Assembly: GCA_963924565.1 (NCBI GenBank)
Contig: OZ004608.1
Span: 13,888,001 to 13,952,000 of the forward strand
Origin: Ascidiella aspersa
Lineage: Eukaryota
Direction of reading: 5' to 3'
DNA: 64,000 nt
The stretch's first letter is position 1. Each line of letters starts with the position of its first letter. This document shows, one piece after another, positions 27,201 to 39,200 of this stretch. The position numbers and the translations under genes are program-made. The notes under the pieces were generated by a model that had not been told where the DNA came from, did not search any database, and was given only the letters and a program-made list of their open reading frames with translations.

Positions 27201-30200
27201 TCCATTTTAGCTGCGTGTTTTGTAAAACTGTTTTCGTTTCATAAAGTTGGCGACACGCTGCACTCTTTTAAGCTATTTAAAAATATTTAAGAAAAAATAT
27301 CTACCCTGTTTGAAAAAATATCATTTTAAATATCTACCCTGTTTGCAGAACGTTATTAAACCTACTATTCTGCGGTTTTATATATTCAATAATAAAACTA
27401 TTTGAACACAGTACACCCCAAAAAATTGTGCTTTAAAGCCTTGTTTAATTATTATCAACAAACTTACGAGACAATATAGCTATTGGCGGTTTTGCCTTTA
27501 ACTAAAACATATTAAACTGTCGTGCTGTACTGAGCCTTACCTTTTTACTTCAGGCTTGTCCTTTCTGGAGCATGTGGGGATTCTGGAGTTCTTGCTCGGC
27601 GCGATGCGACTCGGGACTCAGGTCCAGGAGGAGAACTTGCGTCAACGTTGGAGAAGGACTGAACTGCGGACTGGAAGACTCCGTTCAGTCGGGTGTCTGC
27701 AACACTGAGGTAAGATGCCGTTCTCTATTTTTTTTTTCTTCTCTTTTCGGTCGGAGACGGTTATTTTTTTATCGGTCGGGTACAGTGCATGGTGGCTTAA
27801 TTATTTGCGACTTTGTCGAAAAGACGTGTGTGGAGGTTTTTCGTTTATGGAGACAACTAGTGGCTTAATTATTTGCGACTTCAGGGGGCAAAGTCTTTAG
27901 GGGGCACAAGAATAACTTAAAGTAAAGGATTTTTTTCAAAATCGTGAGCAAACAGGGAACGACTCTTAAGCAAGGGGCAATGGCTATCATTTTTTATGAT
28001 TTTCGGATTAAAAAATTAGAAAAACACGGTTTTAGTGGCCAACATTACCAACCCAACATATTTATATCTTAAGCAACTGATCGTGTAATATCGCTCTCGT
28101 ATAGTATTATGGATTTAAACGTTTTGCCATCGCTGTTTTGGAACATGCAATATTAATATTATATTAAATTTGACGAATGTACAATGTGAAAACAGAAGAA
28201 TGCTGACAAGTTGCCAGTGACCTTTATTGCCCAAACATATTTTTAACCTCCAAAATAACTCAATCATTGAACTTTAAATGTTAATAAACAGCTCAAAAAT
28301 CATCTGGACAACAATTAGGACACCTTACAGATGCGATGGTTTGAATGAGATGGCCGTTAAACTCTGTCTTATGCAAAAAAAAAATGGTACATTTAAAGAA
28401 GATATATATACTGTTACAATCGACGCACGTAATTTTATTAAAGATGCTATAGTTCACAACATGTTTGTGTCGGTTGAATTGTTATTTCGGATTTTGTTTA
28501 TTCTGGGTCTTTTACTGGGTGGTCATCCTCAAGTCGGTAAACTCTCCGATTTTGGTAAGTTACTAAACTGTTTCTATAGGCAGCCAGTTCACTGTAGTTT
28601 GATTTGCAGGCCTGCCCGACCTGGACCGAGTGGTCTGTGTGGAGCGATTGCGACAAGCTGTGCGACGGTGGTCAGCGGACGAGATCTCGCACTTGCCAGA
28701 ACAGCGGAGACGGATTCTTCCTCGACTGTGGCGGTCCGTCTGACGAGTCGGTTGTCTGCAACGCAAGGGTAAGTGCTTCTGAGTTCCATTTTCTTCATTA
28801 AAAATAACGGTTGTCGTGAAATTTCTAAAATTTTGAACTTGAACTTGAGATTTATCTCGAAATTTAAGGGTAAGCACTCCTTCGTTCTATTTTGTTTATT
28901 TAAAAAAATATCGGTTGTCGTGAAATTTCTAAAATATTAAACTTGAACTTGAACTTTATCTCGAAATTTAAGGGCAAGTGCTTCTGAGTTCCATTTTCTT
29001 CATTAAAATTAACGGTTGTCGTGAAATTTCTAAAATTTTGAACTTGAACTTGAGATTTATCTCGAAATTTAAGGGCAAGCGCTTCTGAGTTCCATTTTGT
29101 TTATAGAAAAAATATCGGTTGTCGTGAAATTCGTAAAATATTGAACTTGAACTTGAGCTTTATCTGGAAATTTAGGGTTAAATAGTGTTTAAACTTAATT
29201 TGGGCAAAGCGTTCGCCATTGTGCTAACTACACCCTCTAAACAAAATGATCACGAGGTTAATGAAAGGCATTATCGAAAAGCTTTTATATATATATGCAT
29301 ATAAATATACTATATATATATATTAAATTTAATATACAATTGCGCTATGTATTGTTTAGATACTTGAAATTGTTAATAAAAGCAAGACATATTGAACTTA
29401 AACTTTACCATAAGTTTTATAGGCTCAATAACATGTGGTTATTAGAAATAACATTATACCCCATATTGTACTAACTGACCAACAGGACTTTAATGTAAAA
29501 TATTTTCCGGTTTTCTATACTTTAATCGAACGGTAATTTAGAGAGTGTCAAGATGCATTTTTGTAGCTTGTATGGCTAAGCCTGGTTAAAAAAAGAGAGA
29601 CATAATTAAATTTAAACTTTTTGCAGTAACTCTTTCTGCCATAAGTTCAATTTAAAAGTTTTGATATTTGAACTTGAGCTTCAACTTGAACTTGGCGATT
29701 TTTACAGCAAAGTTCTTTAAATAGCGAGCAGGTGAAATAAACTGCAGACAATTAATCGTCACGCCACAGCACTTTCTTTCATTTTATTCCTAAATACCGA
29801 AAGGCTACCTGCAGTGGGTTAATTCGACTTTCTGCCCGCACTTGATCCCAAAGTGGCAAACAACACAACTCACGTTGTCCGTGTACTAACGCAGGCGTGT
29901 GCTTCCTGGATGAGCTGGCAGTCTTGGTCCTCGTGCAGCATCTCGTGCGGCCGAGGATCGCGATCCAGAGGCAGGGTTTGTTCCACCAGCACCGATGATG
30001 ACGTATTTGGTACCTGTCCTGGTGATGACGAAATGGTGGAGGACTGCGTCGTAGGGGTAAGCGATAATTCTGTTTTGTTATTTTAGTTAGTTATTACCAA
30101 TGCTCAAGACGTGATTGCTTGGGAATGATAGTGTCCACAGTGGTAAAGTTGATTGTTTGTTTTCACACTTCTTGGTGACCTATATATTTATTTAATTGGG

Positions 30201-33200
30201 AAACGCATATTTTGTTTTAACCTGCTATAGTTTTAGTGTTTTTTGTTCACTCAAGTTCCTAAAGTTAAGAAATACAGAACTCTTTAAAATATTTTTGCCA
30301 ACTTTATTCAAACAACACATTATTTTTCGCTTTGCGCTGATATTTCGCGTCTTTTCAATTTTTTGTTTTATTATGTTTTGCTGTTTCTTTGACGGATTAA
30401 AGCTACATGGTAGCTACGTATCATTTAAACCTATAAAAATACACAACTTAAGTTTAACGTAAATTTGTTTGTGGTTCGCCCAAGTTGTTTTCCCTTCAGG
30501 GATTTATATTAGAATATTTAAGAAGCTAATATATAGTTAATGTCGTGTGGCTTTGGAGCTTTTCGCGGCAATATGTTACTTTGCGTTGTTTTGCCGTCCC
30601 ATTCAATTTGTTTGTACAGCCAACAAAACTATAACTTTCTCGTCTACTACAGGAATGTGCCTTCTACACCGACTGGACCGAATGGAGCAGTTGCAGTCAG
30701 AGCTGTAATGGCGGAAGGCAAAGTAGAAAGCGGAACTGTATGTACGGCTCCGCAGAGATCGACTGCCTGGGACCCAGTGACCTGTCAAGAGAGTGCAATG
30801 TAGACGTAAGTGGGGAACTTGCTTAACAATTGATTGTTGTACTAATTTTGTGTTCTACGTTAGGACAGTTGGTCTTAACTTGTGGCTGGTTAAAATGATA
30901 ATTTTCACAAAGCTATGATAGGCTATTTGAACGCCGAACAGTCACAAGTAACTATTTGAACAATCTATTATTGCTTATCCAATTATTAATTCCAGATCAT
31001 AGCTTTATACTTTCTATGTTGCTTATTCAAAAATTGATTCCAAACCATCACTTTAGATTTTCTAAAAAGTGGTAACTAGTATCGATTAAGTTAGTCCTTG
31101 CATGAACACCGAAAAACACCGAAAATACTTAAGAACCACTATGCATGGTCCCAATTCAACAACATGCACGGCACGTTTATACCAGTTGTCTTGAGTTTCG
31201 AATTTTTCGGTTTGTTACCAACAAATGAACGCAAACCATTTTCAGGCCTGTCCCATATGGAGCATCTGGAGCGATTGGAGCGCGTGTAATGCTACATGCG
31301 GTGGCGGGGTTCGGTCCCACACCAGGGTTTGCATCAACGGAGATCGAAACCAGCAGGGATGCACCGGGCCTGACAGGGAGGAGGAATACTGTAACGGACA
31401 GGTACGATTTGCCTTGCGAATTGGACGCCATTTCTGTTTTCCGTTCTATGCGCAGGGCAAGAACGCGTTTTTTTACAGTTTATCTTATCTTTGACCATTC
31501 TTTTGCTGATGGCTTCTTTTCTGTTACAAATTTCTCATTTACAATACAAGTAATCAACGTCGCGTTTGTTCTCATTATTAGGAAATCATAAATAAATAGT
31601 GCTGCAAACTTATTTTATTTGTAAAATTACTAAAATAATATCACAATGGCTGTTACTCTATAACGGATATGCATATCATATATTGAAGAAACTTGTTCAT
31701 AATTGTCCTATTTTGTTTGTGTTAAGGTAAATTGATATATGTACATATCTGCTTAAAAAATCAATAAGAAACTCTTAAACTATTTCCGAAATTCCACATT
31801 TATGTTTAAAAAATCGAGATAAAATATTTAACATACTCGAACAATCGTTAAAATCCTTACCATCATTCTTTCAACCGGCAGGCGTGTCCTTACTTGTCGC
31901 GCTGGAGTTCATGGGGAGCTTGCGGAGTGACTTGCGGAGGAGGATCGAGGATGCGAGCTCGCATCTGTGTCAACAGTGATCCAACCGGCGGAGGATGCTC
32001 TGGAGATCTGGCCGAGGACGAGTTCTGCAACGCACAGGTGGGAAGACAGACTTTTCGCACATCTCAACACCTAACCTAACCGACCTCACTAAGCCACAAA
32101 TAAGATACGTGTGATAAATAGCGCTTCTGAAATCATGATAACCAACGGCAACACTATACGCCAGGGTTTCTTAAACTGGGGTCCATGGACGCTCCACGGT
32201 ATTTCCAAGGAAAAGTGTTGTATTAAAATTGAAAAAAATGTATATTTAGATTCCATTGCGCTTTAACATTTTTCCAAAAGGAAACAGCAGATTTTTGAAG
32301 TCTATTTGCATTGTGACATATACTTACGACGTCATCTCTAAAATTTCTTGCCTATACTGGTCCACGCGAAGCGAAAATATTTTTAGGGGTGCGGAAACAA
32401 ATGTTTAGCAACTCCTGCTATTCGCCTATTATACTGCTAATATTTTACCGATTGCCCCCTGAATTGATTTATCATAGTCGTCGATTAGTGAGGCACTGTC
32501 GTACAAGCAAGGCAAGGATAGAATATTGTAGCTTGAAATCAGTTTCGAATTTAAAACGAATAAAATTGACTTCGGTATGAATATCAATAGTTGTGTGTTT
32601 CATTAGGATCTGTAAAGCCACAAAAAACAACCAGGCCGCGTCACAAGGCCCCTACAAAATATTCCTTTTTTCGAAACCATAACACGTCGTAAATCTTCCT
32701 TAGAACTGCCCGCGCTACGACGAATGGGGCTCGTGGTCGGCTTGCAGCGCCTCGTGCGGATCTGACGGCGTGTCGCGTCGCACCAGAACTTGTCGCTTCG
32801 GCTTCTTCGGAATGGTCGGCTGCACAGCATCGCCTGAAGAGAGCAGGGCTTGTAACTCGCAGGTGAGTGCGGCTTTCAGTCGCCCGTTAAAGTTTCAAGA
32901 AAGGTCTCGGCGGCGTTGCCGTTTGTTTTTTTTGTTTAACGAAAATCCTATACCCGATAGGCGGATAGATTACATTTTATGGTCATAATAAACTTATTTA
33001 TGAAATCGAAATGATTGGATGTATTGAGCTCTCGCAGTTTTTGCGCACGGTATTAACGTGTCCACTTGTAAAGTTGGGTTTTTGAATCAATATTTTACCA
33101 AGTCTGCAACATTTTTATCCTTTTGTGTAACAAATTATATAGAATTAAAAGGATCCTTGTAAAAATAATTTTTGCATACCATTGCTACCTTTCTCTGTTT

Positions 33201-36200
33201 CCTAAAGTTAAACATGCTGTTTATGTTAAAGGCCTACTACTTCCAGCGCTAATTTTGTTTGAAAGATAAAACATGTTTTCAAAAAGCAATAACTATAGCT
33301 ATTTACACACAAAAAAGCCATATTCTATATCACACTTAATTTGGTATTAAATAATGTCACACGCTTGCTCGGACTGCTAGAAGCTTTTATTGACCATGAA
33401 AATCCTGTCCAGGTCTGTCCGTCATTCCGCGAATGGTCGGAGTGGTCCGACTGCAGCGTGTCATGCGGCCAGGGCGTGCGCGAAAGGTCACGAACCTGTC
33501 AGAACGGTGACGTCGGCCAGAGAGGCTGCCTCGGCATCACGACAGACACAGACGTTTGCGTCAGAGGGGTGAGAAAAAGAAACTACACTTTTCTACTTTT
33601 AGTTTTCTGTATCCGTTTGTTGAAATTATTGATGCGGTGCTTGACACTAGCTTGACCAAGTAACAGGTGTGCGGATTACCACTAATTAAAAACTTTTCCC
33701 ACTGTATAAAGCCACGCTAAGATTAATGATTCGTTAAATTGTGTTCACTAAACGTTTAATCTTTTGCGAAATATCTACGATACGCTATAAACAATACAAA
33801 TGAAAAGACAAGTCATTCATCCCTATAAAGGACTTAAAACAGTTGTTTTGCTTGAATAGCTTCCATAAAAAGCGTTATAATGAGAAATACTTTAAGCTAT
33901 ATATTCACATTCTTTAAACTAAAATAAACATTTGACGAAACCAAACTACCTAATTTGCAATAAGGTACAAGTGTGATCGTACAACGCGATTTCACAGAGC
34001 AACTTAAAACAATAAAATACATTAATTAAATACAATCCAATTGCGTTTCAGCAATGCGCCTACTGGACGTTCTGGTCGGCCTGGAGCAGCTGTAACGCAA
34101 CCTGTGGTGTTGCTGGCAGATCCAGACAGAGAAACTGTATTAATGGAGCACAGGGAGACGTCGGTTGCCGGGGCGATCAATTTGAGCAGTCCTTCTGTCC
34201 GATTGAGGTAAGCTTGAACTTGTTGTGAACGGGTAGTATGTATCTGTATAAATAGGTGTTATTTGATCTTCTATACGTCCGACCAAATTTCTAGAAATCC
34301 TTCAAAGATACAGATTACAAAATAATCCACGGGAGTTTGCTGGTTAGTATAATTAATCTACCTAAATCACGAAACATAACACATTTTGCCCAATAATTTA
34401 ACATAATCTACACAGTAGGTGCCAGTTCCAAGCCCAGTGCGTAAAACAGTAAGCTGGTGCTATATGACGTTGAATATTATTATTTTACCCAAACAAACCG
34501 CGTTTTCAATTCATCCTTTATTTAGCCGTGTCCCTTCTGGGCCACATGGTCAGAGTACGTCTTTTTTAATTTTGGAAATCTTTCAAAGATACAGATTGCA
34601 AAATAAACCATAGGAGTTTGGTGGTCAGTATAAGTATTATACCTTAATCAAGAAACCTTACTGTATAAACTGTACACATTTTGCCAATAAATTGAACACA
34701 ATCTGCACAATAAGTACCGGTTCAAAGTAAAACGTTAAACACTAAGCTTATGCGTATTTACGTTGATTATTTTACCCAAACAAACTGTTTTTTTAACTTA
34801 TTCTGTATTCAGCCATGCCCCTTCTGGACCACGTGGTCAGGCTTCAGCGCCTGCAGCGAATTGTGCGGCGGCGGGGTCAGGTCAAGGTCACGCGCATGCG
34901 TGAACGGAGGCTCTGACGGCGGCGGTTGCTACGGTCCCAGCAGCGAAGAAATTTTCTGCAACGGAAACGTAAGGAAAAAAAATCGTTTTTGCTAAGTAGA
35001 AGGTGGGCGATCCCTGACTTGTACATGCGTTTCTTAATACTTTTGTAATTTGGACTTGTAAAGTCCCTTTTTTGTCAAAACTTATTGTATAAGGATGATG
35101 TTAAATATTTCTGAAAAGAGTAATTATAGGCTTTTCGTAGAAACTCTTTGGTCTGATCCCGGTTTGCCTTTTAAGCCATATTTACACCGTTTGGTGGCGC
35201 TAGTAAGCAATTTATGCGAATTTTAAGATCCAACAAGTAAACGAGAATACCTTTATTTGGATTTTTTTTGGGGGGGAGTTGTTTCAAACTTTGCCGAAAA
35301 AAGAGTTTATATAAAGTAGCAGTTGCAAATGAATGAATAAAAATACATCGAATGGGACTCATAAAGTCAAATCATGTCTTAAAATACGCGCGTTTTTTAG
35401 CCTTGTGCCTACTGGTCAACGTGGGGATCATGGGGAGGTTGCACAGCGCGTTGCGGAGGTGGAATAAGAATCCACTCCAGGACGTGCGTGAACGGAAACG
35501 GAGCGGTCACTTGCGAAGGCGACGAGGAAGGGTCGGAGCCTTGCGCTACAACGGTAAGTGGATATGATGGATTTGATAAAGTTTTGCCCCTAGCAAGTTG
35601 GTATACGGAGATCGGTATTAATAAAAGCTACGACTTTAAAATCCCCCATAGCTGCATTGTATTGAAACCCTGTAAGCCGGGCCGTAAAAGAGTATACTGC
35701 TCTCGTGTTAACTGAATCATGTTACACACACGTGAGAAACGTTACTATAGACGGCAAACTAAATGGTTATAAAATATCTCGCTCCGGCCTTGCAATTAAG
35801 TTACAACCATAATATAAGATCATTAAACATTTGTCTAACTGTCATTTGGTTCTTCTTACGTTGCTCTGGCCAACGATATTGAAACACGTTTTTAAGGTAC
35901 CGAAAGCATTGATGCTATTAAATTTACAAACTTTAAAAAATTGAAACGTTGAAAGGTATTTTCCAGGCTCGAAGGTTAAGCTTTTCTTGACCTCTAAAAA
36001 GTGTTTTTTTTTTTGAGAAATTTACGTTTCAAAGTAAAAAGAACTGCGTTGGGTCGCAGACCATAGCTGGCGTGTCTATGACACTTTGTCAAGGTATTTA
36101 AACTCCAGATTTAACGTTCGTGTTTATTTTAGTTTTCCAACTCCAAAATGTCGAATTTAGCATTGCAACAATTAGACAACTTTTGTGTTTCAGGCATGCC

Positions 36201-39200
36201 CGTCGTGGGCGGTCTGGCAAGACTGGGGTGCGTGCAGCGCCACATGCGGCGGAGGAACGAGTCGCCGAATGCGATCTTGCACCACGTTCGGCTCGGGACT
36301 CTTCTGCACCGGATCCAAAGACGAATACAGGGACTGCAATTCAGAGGTAAGCGGGTCTGACCTTTCTGCGATTTTAATGTGAGACACGATGTGAAATATT
36401 GTTGTTGATATAGTTTAAATAATTTATAACTTCATATACTATGACAGGGTTGCGACATTTTGTTTTAGTTTATTTGCTGGATTGCACATACATACATAAT
36501 ATAGTATGTAAGCTTCATCTGAGAAAACAAACATTATATCAATCTAGGCTTAAACCGTTATAATGTGTTTCAGAAGACATTAAACTATACAAACATATTT
36601 AACATTAACAATAATATTCCTACTTTGTTCGGGTACATGCTGTTTTATAACGTAAAATTACTAATAGTTATATCACCTCCAACAGAACACATAATGCCGA
36701 CGATAAAAGTTTTAAAATTTTATAAAAGCGTGAGAAGCACATCACTTCGAACAAAAATCAGTCAGCAAGGTGTAAAGTTTTTAATACAAATATGCATTTC
36801 GCCATATAAAGGGTGCTATCAGTTTATCTGTACAAATAAATAGTAAAAAATAATAAAATGTAAAATAATAAAAAAATAAAAAAACATCCAAGACTCACAT
36901 GGACAAAGACAGGCTGGCAAGCTGCGTTTAACGCCAACCACTAAAAATCAACTTTCTATGGTTCTTTCAATAGGTTTTCCTAACTGCAATTTAATTTTTA
37001 CGCAGAACTGTCCCAGCTGGAGCGATTGGAACAACTGGTCGGAATGCAGTCAGTCGTGTGGCCGGGGAACAAGGTCTAGGCTGAGGGATTGTGTTGACGG
37101 GCTGATCGGACCTGACGGATGCGAAGGACCGGCCCAGATGTCCAGCTCCTGCATAAGAGGGGTACGAAAAGAAGCGCACTTTGTTTTCTTTTTCTCTTCG
37201 GAGTTGTGTGATGTTCATTAAATATCGCGTAATAAGATTAGTTACAGCAATTTAGACTTTTAAAGTGACAGTGACATAAAAAATAGGTTTAAACAGCTTT
37301 TCTGTTTTCGTAAAAATATATTTTCTTTGTTTCTTAATTTTGAACTAAAGCTAGTTTTATTTTGGAAATGTTCAAGATTGTAAACACTTATCAACGCAAT
37401 TTTAAGGTCGTTAAGGGGTCGAAAATTTTAGAGTTGACCTCAATAATATAATTTAACAATTACAAGAAAAACTTTCAAAAACATCATTGCCAGTCTTATT
37501 CTTTCGGGTCAAAGATCTATAGGCGTTTCGTAGGTTTGTAGTAAAACATAAAGCTATGTTATTCTTCAGTTCTGCCCGTACTTCGACGACTGGACAAGCT
37601 GGAGTCGTTGCTCGGTGAGCTGTGGCCGCGGAATAACTTCGCGATCCCGAGTCTGCATTAACCAGGGACCTTTCCTGCAATGCTCCGGAGACACTGACTT
37701 AGTGACTCTTTGTAACCCTCAGGTAAACAAGGGACATTAAGTTGTTATATTTTACAAGATTCGGAAAGCCCACTATCCAAAATCTTGTAAAGCATCTATT
37801 AGCCCTGTTTTCTTAAAGCCGGTCTTGCATCTAATTTTTTGTTTTTTTCTGCAAATATTTGTTCAGCATTTCAGCAAAATTATTCAGAGCAGAAAATATC
37901 AGCCGAAGTATAAGTTTGTGTCCTTAATTTTGCACCCAAGCGTAATTTAAATTGCTCTAAATTTTAATTTCAAACCAAGCTACGTCAAGCAAAACTATGA
38001 GAATTTACTGGTAATAGCATACATGAAACATAAATACATGTATAATAATGTATATATTCTTTCTTGCATTTACAGATATAAATGTCATCAATAAACGAAA
38101 TGTAAAAAATCTCTTATGTTTTTTTGTGTCCTTGGCTGATACTATACATAAGGGATTTTATTGAACACTGTTTTCGTGGTTATTGTTGTGTTCGTTAAAT
38201 TCAAGCCAATCAACTCTAATTCTTTTGTGCAGTCGTGTCCATCGTGGACGGAGTGGGACGAGTGGAGCACTTGCACAGTTCGATGTGGCGGCGGAATTCG
38301 CCAGCGTCGTCGAACCTGCGCCAACGGCTTCCCAGGTGTGATCGGATGCGGTGGCGACACTTACCAGGACGACTTCTGCAACTCTCACGTAAGTTAATTA
38401 GGAAAGTTATAGTCAACATCTGATATACTGTAAAAGCGTTTTTAACCAAGATATATTTATTTGGGCATTGTATCAACCAACATTAAAGCGGTAGTTTGGT
38501 TGGTATTACCATATGTTGAAACCCCCGTAATATGGACTAAAATTAAAAATATATGGTAGCTTTTAAAAGAGCTCACACATTTTTCCTTGCGCGCCATCTC
38601 TGTATATATCCCTTGTTAGATGCTACACTCAAAATACAACAAAAAATAAAATAAAAAACTTTGAAATCAGCTCGAGAAGTGCACAACTTTAACCCAAAAT
38701 CAGTCAGCCTAGCGTTAAAAGAGCATAAAGTTTTGACACATTGCTGACTAATTTTTGTTCAAAGACTGCTCTCCCAAAGTTATTAATTCTAGGACTTTTA
38801 TCGTCCTTTAAAAAAATTATTGCTGAATTTGTTGGAGCATCACAGCAACCAATTGTCTTTAAAAAAACGTGTTTGCCATTAAAACAATTTGAAGCTTCAT
38901 GGTTGGAGGTTGTAGGAAGATGTAAAAAGGATATCAAAGCCCATACGGAAGTATAAGTAGCATTTTAAACTTTTCGAATATCTCTTTATTTATTTTCAAC
39001 ATCCCTGGTAATTAAAATGTTTTGTAACTCACTGCATTTCTTCAGCAATGTCCGACCTGGTCGGGCTGGGGCAGTTGGTCGACGTGTTCTTTTACGTGCG
39101 GCGGTGGGGTGAAGACTCGCAGCAGGCAATGCACCAACGACGATCTCAGCGAGTGCGAAGGATCGTCAGTGATGAGCCGCTTCTGCAACCAGATGGTGCG

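Noticed and set aside
34169-34177. RGD integrin motif (GCRGDQ) in cassette 38
   Set aside because: I noticed only one occurrence in ~4,500 R/G/D-rich residues, which is expected by chance, and it sits against a disulfide-bonded Cys.
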